Shown in pieces: positions 38,293-46,982 of a stretch of DNA of 50,782 nt. This DNA comes from Paracoccaceae bacterium (GTDB taxonomy: Bacteria; Pseudomonadota; Alphaproteobacteria; Rhodobacterales; Rhodobacteraceae), in the NCBI GenBank assembly GCA_024304875.1, contig JAMWZF010000001.1, positions 1-50,782 on the forward strand, given 5' to 3'. A program made the translations under genes and the position numbers. The notes beneath the pieces were generated by a model that did no database searches, was not told the origin of the DNA, and worked only from the letters and a program-made list of their open reading frames with translations. The stretch's first letter is position 1. Every line of letters begins with the position of its first letter.

Positions 38293-38943
38293 TCAGTCCC
38301 CGCCCGTCAGGCAGATCGCGGGTTCGACCCCCGGCCAGAACCCGTGGGGCAGAAGCGTGATGGCCCAGGTGGCGGCGTATTCGGCGAAGTCGAGAAGGCT
38401 GAGCTGACGGATGTCGAAGGCCTCCCCGGGATCCGAGACGACCCGGACGACACCCACCGGCCACAGCTCGTTGCGCAGGGCGACGGAAGCGCGCGCCATG
38501 TGGCTGCGCGAGGTGATCAGGGCGACGGCCCGCCCGGCATCGGGCTGCCGGTCCAGCCAGCATCCCGTCTCCCAGGCGTTCTCGATCGTCGTATGGGCGT
38601 CCGGCGCCAGGACGATCCGGCCGGTGTCGAGCCACTGGACCTGCTCGGGAGGCAGCGAGAACTGGGTGGCGAACCGCTCCGGGTCCAGGCCCGCGTCCCC
38701 GTTCACGCCGGTGATGAAGAGACGGTCGACGCGGCCCTCGGACAGCAGATCCAGCCCGGCCCGGATCCGGTCGAAGTCCCCGGTGAAGACCACGGCGGTA
38801 CCGGGCAGGTCGCCGGTCCGCTCGGGGGTGGTGGCGCGGTTCACGAAATCCAGCAGCAGGGCCCCCAGGACCACGGCGACCGCCCCGATGAGGGCAAGGA
38901 TCCTGACGATCGTCCGGACCAGGCCGGCGAAGAGCGAGCGCAT
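38293..38943 (-). CDS. DUF218 (YdcF/ElyC family) protein, second copy
   Basis: 216-aa ORF with N-terminal TM helix, AVVFTGD, HTTIENA, LITSRSHMARA. Confidence 0.75.
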   Translation of the reverse strand: MRSLFAGLVRTIVRILALIGAVAVVLGALLLDFVNRATTPERTGDLPGTAVVFTGDFDRIRAGLDLLSEGRVDRLFITGVNGDAGLDPERFATQFSLPPEQVQWLDTGRIVLAPDAHTTIENAWETGCWLDRQPDAGRAVALITSRSHMARASVALRNELWPVGVVRVVSDPGEAFDIRQLSLLDFAEYAATWAITLLPHGFWPGVEPAICLTGGD

Positions 38944-39363
38944 GGGCGCCTCTTTGCTGTGATGCTGCGGGGGGCCTTATCATGCTTCGCCCGGCGCCTG
39001 AACCGCAAGAGTGCCCGCCGGCGCAGAGGATGCCGGACCCCTGTCTTCGGGACCGGCAGGGCAGCGCCGGGGCCGGATACTGGGGAAATCCGCTCATATG
39101 GGGCCGAAAACGGCTTCGCGGTTTCTGAAAGGTCGAAGTCGGTGTACCCCGGGTACAAGAACGACGCTCGTCCTCGAGGCGGGCCGACACCGTGGGCAGT
39201 GCATTCAGTGGAAATATCGAACCGCCGCGTTCCGATTAGTTCATATTCTTCGATTATTGCGAGGATACCTTCGCAATAGTTTGGCCCGGGATATGCCCTA
39301 AATCGAACAACATTTCCCAGAAAGAATGGACGAGAGGCAAACAACAAAAGTGGAGTGGTAGCG

Positions 39364-42033
39364 ATGCGAGGTCTGAACCCTGCTCGAGCTCGACTTCTCG
39401 AAACCTTCGGCCTGGATGCCGAACTGAACTGGGGCCACGGGTGCCGGCTGGCGGACACCGAGGGCCGCGAGTATCTCGACTTCCTGTCGCAGTACGGCGC
39501 CCTGCCGTTCGGACACAATCCGCCGCAGATCTGGGCGGCGATGCGCGGCGAACAGAACCTGTCGCGCCCCTCCATGGTCCAGCCTCTGCGCGCCACCGGA
39601 GCCGAGAAGCTGGCCGGGACGCTGGCCGACATCACCCCCCATGACCTGAGCGTCGTGATGTTCGCGAACTCCGGCGCCGAAGCCGTCGAGGCCGCGATCA
39701 AGCTGGCCCGGGCCCGTTCGGGCCGCGATGTCATCCTGTCGACCCGCAACGGATTCCACGGCAAGACGATGGGCGCCCTCTCGGCCACCGGAAAGCCCAT
39801 GTATCAGAGGGATTTCGGCGGCCCGGCCCGGAACTTCCATTATACCGCCTTCGGCGATCTGGATGCTCTCGAGGCGGAGCTGAAGGCCAATGCCGGCAAG
39901 ATTGCGGCTTTCATCGTCGAACCCATCCAGGGCGAGGGCGGCGTGGTCTGCCCGCCGGATGCGGACTATCTCGACGGGGTCATCGCGCTCTGCCGTCAGT
40001 ATGGCGTGTTCAGCATCTTCGACGAGATCCAGACCGGGCTCGGCCGCACCGGCAAGCTGTTCGCCTGCTCGGACTGCGCCGCGGCGCCCGACATGCTGCT
40101 TCTGGGCAAGGCGCTGGGGGGCGGCCTGATGCCGATCTCGGCCGTGGTCATCCGGCCCGAGGCCTGGGACGACCGGTTCGGCATGCTGCACAGCTCGACC
40201 TTCGCCAACAACAACCTTGCCTGCGCCGCCGCCAGCGCCTCGATCGAGCTTCTGACCAAGGACGACGGGGCGCTCGTCAAGGAGGTGGCCAGGAACGGCC
40301 GGTACTTCGAGGACCAGCTCAATGCGCTGAGCGCCCGGTATCCCGAGGTGCTGATCGGCCGCCGGGGCCGCGGCTACATGCAGGGCCTGCAGTTCGCCGC
40401 CATCCACGAGCGCGGCGACTCCGCCTCGATGGCCTATTGCGGCCTCAACGGCGGCTTCATCGGGCTGCTGAGTTCCTATATCTTCAACGTCCAGCGCGTG
40501 CTCACCGCGCCGGTCTTCAACAATGCCCAGGTGATGCGGCTGCAACCGCCCCTGGTCGCGGGCCGGGCCGAGATCGACGAATGCGTCGTGGCCCTGTCGC
40601 AGACCTGCGAGATCCTCGACAAGGGCGACTACCGCGCGCTCATGCAGCACCTCGTGACCCCCAAGCGCCGGGCACAGCTGGCCGAGACGCCGATCGTGCA
40701 GCCGCAGCAGGGGCCGGCCCGGGACGTGCCCGAGGCGACGCCGGGGCGCTTCTGCTTCCTCATCCACTACACCGAGGAAGAGGACGTGCTGCGCTCCGAC
40801 CCGTCCTTCGCCCGGTTCACCGAGACGGAGCGGGACACCTGGATGGAATGGGTCAAGCGCGTCGGCCCCGGGTTCGCCTGGCCGGTCACCGGCGGCACTT
40901 CGCGGACCGGGGCGCGGGCCGAAGGCATGATCATGTCGGTGCCCTTCCTGCCCAAGGACATGGTCGGCAAGGGCCGCAAGACGGCCCGCGAGACGATCCA
41001 GTCCGCCGCCGACATGGCCACCGATTTTGGCGCCAGCCGGCTCGGCCTCGGGGCTTTCACCTCCATCGTGACCAACGGCGGGGCCGCGGTGGCGGGCCGC
41101 GGCGTGCCGGTCACCAGCGGCAATACCCTGACGACCGTCTCGGCGGTCAAGGCGCTGCTGCGCGCCGCCCGGCGGGTCGAGATCGACCCGGCCCAGGCCA
41201 ATGTCGTCGTCATCGGGGCCACCGGCGCCATCGGCCGCCTGGCCAGTCTGATGATGGCCCGCTGGGCCGGTCAGCTGACCCTGGTCGGCAATGCCCAGAA
41301 CTGCCATGCCCAGAGCCTGCTCGACCGGGTGGCCAACGAGGTGGTCGACAGCCTCGTCACCAACGGTCCGGACCCCCGGGCGGGCGACCTGAGCGCGACG
41401 GTCCAGTACATGCTGGCAGGTCGTGACGCACCGCAGGAGAACCGGCTGAAGGCGCTGACGCGGGCCTGCCGGGATGCCGATCTGCCCCTGCCGATCGCGA
41501 CCACCACCGATCTCGACCGGGCCCTGGCCGACGCCGATCTCGTCATCGTGGCGACCAACGCCGATGTGGCGCTTGTCGATCCGGCGCAGATGCGCCCCGG
41601 AACGGTCGTCTGCGACGTGGCGCGGCCGCCCAACGTGGCGCCGGCGGATCTGTCGGACAGCGGTGTCCTCGTCTTCGACGGCGGCCTGGTCAGACCCCCG
41701 TTCCCGGTCAACCTGGGACCGTTCCAGACCCTGCCCGAAGATCTCTGCTGGGGCTGCATGGGGGAAACCATGCTCCTGGCCCTCGAGGGAGAGACGAAGG
41801 ACTACAGTCTCGGCCGCGATCTCAGCCTGGAGGATGCCGACCGCGTGGCGGAGATGGCCCAGCGTCACGGCTTCGAACCGGCAGAGCCGCAGTGGCACGG
41901 CCAGTTCCTGCAGGAGGCCGATTTCGACCGCGTCGCCGCGGCCCGCCGCGCGCGGGAGATGGGCCCGGGCATCGGCCTGGTCATGGACCCCGCATCGGTT
42001 TCGGCCCCGTCGCGCGTCTGGGCCGCCGAATAG
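39364..42033 (+). CDS. Fusion protein: class-III (omega) aminotransferase domain plus acyl-ACP-reductase-like NAD(P)-binding domain
   Basis: ATG 39364 with GGAG 9 nt upstream. N-half: NSGAEAVEAAIKLAR, EPIQGEGG, DEIQTGLGRTG, LLLGKALGGG (PLP Lys). From residue ~462 (nt 40747): GLGAFTSIV, TSGNTLT, VVVIGATGAIG, GCMGETMLLALEG (Cys codon 41755..41757), HGFEP. As I remember cyanobacterial acyl-ACP reductase, it has ALGGFTSII, TTGNTHT, VVGATGDIG, ACFAEAMLLEFEG and HGFQP at the matching positions. Confidence 0.8.
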   Translation: MRGLNPARARLLETFGLDAELNWGHGCRLADTEGREYLDFLSQYGALPFGHNPPQIWAAMRGEQNLSRPSMVQPLRATGAEKLAGTLADITPHDLSVVMFANSGAEAVEAAIKLARARSGRDVILSTRNGFHGKTMGALSATGKPMYQRDFGGPARNFHYTAFGDLDALEAELKANAGKIAAFIVEPIQGEGGVVCPPDADYLDGVIALCRQYGVFSIFDEIQTGLGRTGKLFACSDCAAAPDMLLLGKALGGGLMPISAVVIRPEAWDDRFGMLHSSTFANNNLACAAASASIELLTKDDGALVKEVARNGRYFEDQLNALSARYPEVLIGRRGRGYMQGLQFAAIHERGDSASMAYCGLNGGFIGLLSSYIFNVQRVLTAPVFNNAQVMRLQPPLVAGRAEIDECVVALSQTCEILDKGDYRALMQHLVTPKRRAQLAETPIVQPQQGPARDVPEATPGRFCFLIHYTEEEDVLRSDPSFARFTETERDTWMEWVKRVGPGFAWPVTGGTSRTGARAEGMIMSVPFLPKDMVGKGRKTARETIQSAADMATDFGASRLGLGAFTSIVTNGGAAVAGRGVPVTSGNTLTTVSAVKALLRAARRVEIDPAQANVVVIGATGAIGRLASLMMARWAGQLTLVGNAQNCHAQSLLDRVANEVVDSLVTNGPDPRAGDLSATVQYMLAGRDAPQENRLKALTRACRDADLPLPIATTTDLDRALADADLVIVATNADVALVDPAQMRPGTVVCDVARPPNVAPADLSDSGVLVFDGGLVRPPFPVNLGPFQTLPEDLCWGCMGETMLLALEGETKDYSLGRDLSLEDADRVAEMAQRHGFEPAEPQWHGQFLQEADFDRVAAARRAREMGPGIGLVMDPASVSAPSRVWAAE

Positions 42034-42293
42034 GCGGCCGGCGCGGGTCAGCGCCTTATCCAGCACAGGGGCAGGGGGCCTGCGGGGCCCCCATGCGCCG
42101 CTTCTGCCGCCCCTGTCGCGGGCGGCATCTGCGGCGGTGACGTGGTTCCTCTATACAACAAGCTGGAAAATGCCGCATCGGACAGATTGCCGAACCCGGG
42201 TCGATCAGGGTTAACTGCCGCCAAACAGCAGCTTGCAGTTCGTTCCGGCGGCTGTTGGCTCAAAGAAAATCTGGCCGCGCGGGACGCCCGAAC

Positions 42294-43436
42294 ATGACAA
42301 AATCAACTGCCCGTGTGACGAGACTCGTCACCTTCGCTCTCCTGCTGGGGACGCTTGCCGCCTGCGGACTGCCGCGGTCCGGCCCCACCCGGGGCGAGCT
42401 TCTCAGCGCCGCGACCGAAGGCGGGGTCACCACCTTCGTCATCGCGGTGGACGAACGGATCACCCAGGTGATCCCCTCGCCGCCGCAGACCTCGTTTCCC
42501 GCCAGCTTCGTCGCCGCCTCGCCCCTGACGCCCGGTGTCATCCGCCCCGGGGACGTGCTGAGCTTCACCGTCTTCGAAAACGTCGACGACGGCCTGTTCT
42601 CCCAAGGCGCCGGGGCGTCCTCGATCGGAGCGCTTCAGGTGGATGAGGACGGTTTCGTCTTCGTGCCCTATGTCGGGCGCATTCTCGCCGCCGGAAACAC
42701 GCCCGAGCGCATGCGGCAGATCATCACCGAGCGGCTCGAGGAACAGACCCCGCGGCCCCAGGTGATCGTGCAGCGTACGGCGGGCGACGGCGGCACCGTC
42801 TCCATCGTCGGAAACGGGGTCGCCGGCCAGGGCTCCTTCCCCCTCCAGCGGTCCAACCTGCGGCTCATGGGTCTTCTGGCCTCGGTCGGCGGCGTCACCG
42901 CGGACCCCGAACTGGTGAGCGTCATCGTCATCCGCGACGGCCACCGGGCGGAGATGCTCTACGAGGACATCTACGACACCCCCAGGTACGACATCGCGCT
43001 GCGCCCCGGGGACAGGATCATCGTGGAGAGCGACGATTCCAGCTTTATCTCCCTCGGCGAGACCGGCAGCCAGGGGATCATTCCCTTCCCCAGAAAGAAC
43101 ACCTCGGCGCTTCAGGCGATCGCCACGGTGGGCGGGCTGAGCGGCGGGACGGCCGACCCCACGGGCGTGTTCATCATCCGGGATGAAACGCCCCAGGTCG
43201 CCAATGCCGTCCTCGGCCGGACCGATTTCTCCACCCCGCAGCGGATGATCTACGTCATCAACCTGACCGAACCCAACGGGCTGTTCCTGGCGCGAAACTT
43301 CAATATCCGGGACGGGGACACGCTCTACGTGACCGAAGCGCCGTTCACCCAGTGGTCGAGGGTGCTCAACGCGATCATCGGCACGGCCGGCCGGGTCCAG
43401 ACGATCGAGACCATCGCGACGAACGCCACGAACTGA
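42294..43436 (+). CDS. Polysaccharide export outer-membrane lipoprotein (Wza/EpsE-like, Poly_export + SLBB)
   Basis: ATG 42294, lipobox LLGTLAACG. PGDVLSFTVFE..LQVDEDGFVFVPYVGRILAAGNTPERMRQIITERL is the Poly_export motif region. Confidence 0.85.
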   Translation: MTKSTARVTRLVTFALLLGTLAACGLPRSGPTRGELLSAATEGGVTTFVIAVDERITQVIPSPPQTSFPASFVAASPLTPGVIRPGDVLSFTVFENVDDGLFSQGAGASSIGALQVDEDGFVFVPYVGRILAAGNTPERMRQIITERLEEQTPRPQVIVQRTAGDGGTVSIVGNGVAGQGSFPLQRSNLRLMGLLASVGGVTADPELVSVIVIRDGHRAEMLYEDIYDTPRYDIALRPGDRIIVESDDSSFISLGETGSQGIIPFPRKNTSALQAIATVGGLSGGTADPTGVFIIRDETPQVANAVLGRTDFSTPQRMIYVINLTEPNGLFLARNFNIRDGDTLYVTEAPFTQWSRVLNAIIGTAGRVQTIETIATNATN

Positions 43437-43690
43437 GGGCCGCGGGACGGGGAGGGGCCGGCCCGGTCCCTCCGGGCGGCTCGAGGTGCTGCCGTATAAT
43501 CAATGTTATGTGAACTGTTCGCCCATCCGGGGCGCCGCGGGGGATGCATCCGTCGACAGTCAAGGCCGCAGGCCGGCTTTGTTCCCTGCGCGGGACCTGC
43601 GAAATCGCATGCTTTCACTATGACCTCTAACCATATATCCCCTGCGGTGACGGATGCGCCGCGGCCCCGCTTCTGGTAACAGTTCCTCGT

Positions 43691-44572
43691 ATGACAGCAG
43701 CCCTTTACAACGATCATTTCGGATTTCGAGAACGCCCGTTTTCGCTGTCCCCGGACCCGGATTTCCTGTTCTGGTCCAAGGCCCACGCCCGGGCCCTGTC
43801 GGTGCTGGAATACGGGGTGATGACCCGGGCTCCGATCACGGTGGTCTCGGGCGAGGTCGGAACCGGCAAGACGACCCTGATCCAGGCCCTGCTGCGGACG
43901 GTGGAGGAAGACGTCACCGTCGGACTGATCTCGAACGCCCGCGGCGACCGGGGAGATCTGCTGCGCTGGGTGCTGAGCGCCTTCGACGTCCCGGTGTCCC
44001 AGGATGCCGACTACGTGACCCTCTTCCAGAGCTTCCAGGACTTCGTGCTCGGCGAATACGCCGCCGGCCGGACCGTCGTGCTGATCGTCGACGAAGCGCA
44101 GAACCTCGGCGCCGAGACCCTGGAGGAGCTGCGCCTGCTGACGAACATCAACTCCGGCAAGGACGAGCTGCTGCAGATCATCATGGTCGGCCAGCCCGAG
44201 CTGCGCGACATCATCTGCCGGCCGGAACTGCGCCAATTCGCGCAGCGGGTGACCGCCACCTATCACCTCGATCCGATGTCCTCGGACACCACGGTCGCCT
44301 ACGTGATTCACCGGCTCAAGCATGCCGGCGGCACCGGAGAGGAGTTTTCCCTCGATGCCATCCACTTCGTCCACGGCCAGTCGGCCGGCATTCCCCGCAT
44401 GGTCAACAAGATCTGCGATCTCGCCCTCGTCTATGCCTCCAGTGCCGGCGACGCCCAGGTGAGCGTGGAGACCATCGAGGAGATGATCTCCGACGGGCTG
44501 ATCCTGAATCCGCCCCAGCCCCTCTTCCTGCGGGGGCCCGGGATCGACGCGCTCGGGAAGGCGGCGGAATGA
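43691..44572 (+). CDS. ExeA-like AAA ATPase (exosortase-locus secretion ATPase type)
   Basis: 293-aa ORF: FGFRERPFSLSPDPDFLFWS, Walker A GEVGTGKTT, Walker B VLIVDEAQNL, MVGQPEL. Confidence 0.85.
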   Translation: MTAALYNDHFGFRERPFSLSPDPDFLFWSKAHARALSVLEYGVMTRAPITVVSGEVGTGKTTLIQALLRTVEEDVTVGLISNARGDRGDLLRWVLSAFDVPVSQDADYVTLFQSFQDFVLGEYAAGRTVVLIVDEAQNLGAETLEELRLLTNINSGKDELLQIIMVGQPELRDIICRPELRQFAQRVTATYHLDPMSSDTTVAYVIHRLKHAGGTGEEFSLDAIHFVHGQSAGIPRMVNKICDLALVYASSAGDAQVSVETIEEMISDGLILNPPQPLFLRGPGIDALGKAAE

Positions 44573-46137
44573 GCTTCGACTTCGGATTCTACTGGGCCGT
44601 GCTGCTGCGCCGCCTGCCGGTCATGGCGCTGTTCGCGCTGCTGTTTTCGGGCATGGGGGTCTTTGCCGCCCTGCAACTGCCCGATGTCTATTCGACCTCC
44701 GCACGCCTTCTGGTCGAAGAGCCGCTGATCCCGGACAACATGGTGGCCTCCACGGTGCAGTCGAGCGCCATCGAGCAGCTTGCCGTCATCGAGCAGCGGC
44801 TGCTGACCCGGGCGAACCTGATCGACATCGCCAACAGGTACGACGTCTTCGAGGACATCCGCCAGATGGCGCCCGACACCGTCGTGGCGCGGATGCGCGC
44901 CGCCACCGACATCAGCCGCCCCCGCGCCGGGCGCAGCGGGGATCGCGCCACGCTGATGACCATCGGCTTCGAATCCCATTCGCCGCAGATCGCGGCGGAC
45001 GTGGTCAACGAATACGTGACCCTGGTCCTCCAGGAGAACGCCCGGTTCCGGGCCTCCCGCGCCGAGAACACGCTGGAATTCTTCGAACAGGAGGTCGAGC
45101 GCCTGAACGCCGAACTCGACCAGCAAAGCGCCGAGATCGCGCAGTTCAAGGCCGAGAACGCCAATGCCCTGCCCGAGGACCAGGCCTTCCGGATCGGGCG
45201 GCAGACCCTGCTGCAGGAGCGGCTGGCCCAGTTCGAGCGCGATCTGAGTGCCCTCGCGCAGAGACGGCAATCCGTCGTGGACGCCTACGAGACGGCCCAG
45301 GCGCAGCAGACGCCCACCCCCACGGCCCAGCAGCGCAGCTCCTACGAGGAGGAGCTGATCATCGCCGAGGCCGATCTCGAGAATCTGCGGAGCGAATACT
45401 CGGACGACAATCCGCGCATCTTCCGGCTGGAGGAACGGATCGACCGCCTCAGGACGATCATCGCGGCCCAGAACGAGGCCAATGGCGTGGCGGTCGGCGA
45501 AGAGGAACGGGCCTCGGCGCAGGAGGCTCTTCTCGAGGCCACCCTGGCCGACATCGACAGCGAGATCGAGACCCTGCAGACCGCGCGGGACACCACCTCG
45601 GCCGATCTGGACAGACTGCTCGAGAACATCTCGCGAAGCGCCGCGAACGCGCTTCGGATCACCGAACTCGAGCGCGACTACACCAACATGCAGGCGCGCT
45701 ACAATTCCGCGGTCTCCAACCTGAACACCGCCCGGCTGAGCGAGAGGCTGGAAGCGACCTCGCAGGGGCAACGGATTTCCGTGATAGAGAACGCCAGCGT
45801 GCCCCGCGTGCCGAGCGGACCGAACCGGACGGCGATCGCCGCCGGGGCCGTCGCCCTGGGGGTCGGTCTGGCCGTCGGCTATTTCATCCTGCTCGAGGTT
45901 CTGAACCGCTACATTCGCCGCCCCGCAGAGCTCAAGGAGCGCTGCGCGACCACCCCGATCGCCACGATCCCCTACATGGAAAGCTGGGGCGAACGCCTCA
46001 TCCGGCGGACCGGCCTGGTGGCCGCAATGCTTGCCGTGCTGATCGCCGTGCCGGCGGGGCTGTGGTATGTCGACACCTATTATCTGCCTCTCGAACTGAT
46101 CGTTCAGAGAGGCCTGGACCGTCTCGGTCTCGGCTAG
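44569..46137 (+). CDS. Polysaccharide chain-length determinant (Wzz/GumC/EpsF-like, PCP family)
   Basis: ATG 44569 overlaps the upstream stop (ATGA). N-terminal TM + Wzz motif (YSTSARLLVE), long coiled-coil region, second TM near the C-terminus. Confidence 0.85.
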   Translation: MSFDFGFYWAVLLRRLPVMALFALLFSGMGVFAALQLPDVYSTSARLLVEEPLIPDNMVASTVQSSAIEQLAVIEQRLLTRANLIDIANRYDVFEDIRQMAPDTVVARMRAATDISRPRAGRSGDRATLMTIGFESHSPQIAADVVNEYVTLVLQENARFRASRAENTLEFFEQEVERLNAELDQQSAEIAQFKAENANALPEDQAFRIGRQTLLQERLAQFERDLSALAQRRQSVVDAYETAQAQQTPTPTAQQRSSYEEELIIAEADLENLRSEYSDDNPRIFRLEERIDRLRTIIAAQNEANGVAVGEEERASAQEALLEATLADIDSEIETLQTARDTTSADLDRLLENISRSAANALRITELERDYTNMQARYNSAVSNLNTARLSERLEATSQGQRISVIENASVPRVPSGPNRTAIAAGAVALGVGLAVGYFILLEVLNRYIRRPAELKERCATTPIATIPYMESWGERLIRRTGLVAAMLAVLIAVPAGLWYVDTYYLPLELIVQRGLDRLGLG

Positions 46138-46162
46138 AGACCGGGCGAGCATTGGGAATCGA

Positions 46163-46969
46163 ATGGAGAAGCTGAGAGCCGCGATCGACAAGGCCCGCCA
46201 GACGCGGAGCGATCATGTCCCCGCCAGGGCCCCGCGCCCGGAGCCCGCCCCGGCGGCGCCCTCGAACCTTGCCCGGTGGGAGGCCCTGGCCCCGCTCGAG
46301 ATCGAGGAAAGGCAGCTCGTCCGGCACCGGGTCGTGACGCGCCTGGCGAATGCGGCGGCCACCCCCTTCGACATCCTGCGGACCAAGACGCTCCTGCAGA
46401 TGCGCCAGAACGGCTGGAAACGGCTGGCGATCACCTCGCCCATGCCCCGGTCGGGCAAGACCACCATCGCCTGCAACCTCGCCCTCGGCCTCGGCCGGCA
46501 GGGCGATCTGCAGTCGATCCTCCTCGACCTCGACCTGCGCGATCCCTCGGCCCACAAGTTCTTCAAGACCCGCCCGCCCCACGGCATCAGCGAGGTTCTC
46601 ACCGGCGCCGTGCCCTTCGACAAGCAGGCCCTGCGGTACGGCAGCAATGTCGCCATCTCGATGGCGCAGAAGGCCGAAGCCGACCCGACCCAGATCCTTT
46701 TGTCCGAAGAGGCCACGGCCGCCATCGACAAGATCCAGGCCGATTTCGAACCCGACATCATGATCTTCGACCTGCCGTCCGTCCTGGTGAACGACGACAC
46801 CCGGGCCTTCCTGAAGAACGCCGATTGCGCCCTGATCGTGGCCCGGGCCGAAAGGACCCAGTACGACCAGTTCGAGGCCTGTCAGGCCGAGGTCGCGCAG
46901 CATACCAACATCATCGGCACGGTCCTGAACGCCTACCGGCACGACAAGCGATCGACGGGAAAGGCCTAG
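46163..46969 (+). CDS. BY-kinase-like P-loop ATPase (CpsD/EpsG-type partner of the chain-length determinant)
   Basis: 268-aa ORF: Walker A ITSPMPRSGKTT, Walker A' ILLDLDLRDP, Walker B IMIFDLPS. No C-terminal tyrosine cluster. Confidence 0.75.
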   Translation: MEKLRAAIDKARQTRSDHVPARAPRPEPAPAAPSNLARWEALAPLEIEERQLVRHRVVTRLANAAATPFDILRTKTLLQMRQNGWKRLAITSPMPRSGKTTIACNLALGLGRQGDLQSILLDLDLRDPSAHKFFKTRPPHGISEVLTGAVPFDKQALRYGSNVAISMAQKAEADPTQILLSEEATAAIDKIQADFEPDIMIFDLPSVLVNDDTRAFLKNADCALIVARAERTQYDQFEACQAEVAQHTNIIGTVLNAYRHDKRSTGKA

Positions 46970-46982
46970 GGCCGGCAGGGGC

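Noticed and set aside
35827-39279. Very long ORFs on the strand opposite to recognised genes (35827..39279 +, 1150 aa; 39298..42066 -, 922 aa; 32208..34271 -; 21449..23647 +; 6068..8050 +; 92..1075 + and many more)
   Set aside because: Their translations are Arg/Gly/Pro/Ala-rich low-complexity strings with no motifs. Each mirrors a well-supported gene on the other strand. This is the usual stop-codon-poor antisense shadow of high-GC DNA.
42074-42092. GC hairpin (gggggcc-n5-ggccccc) after the fusion gene as an intrinsic terminator
   Set aside because: No U-tract follows it on either strand. Such GC palindromes arise by chance in this composition.
43495-43500. Perfect TATAAT upstream of the ExeA-like ATPase gene as a promoter
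   Set aside because: There is no acceptable -35 hexamer (17-nt upstream is ccgggc) and no extended -10 TG. A single hexamer is not enough to report as a feature.
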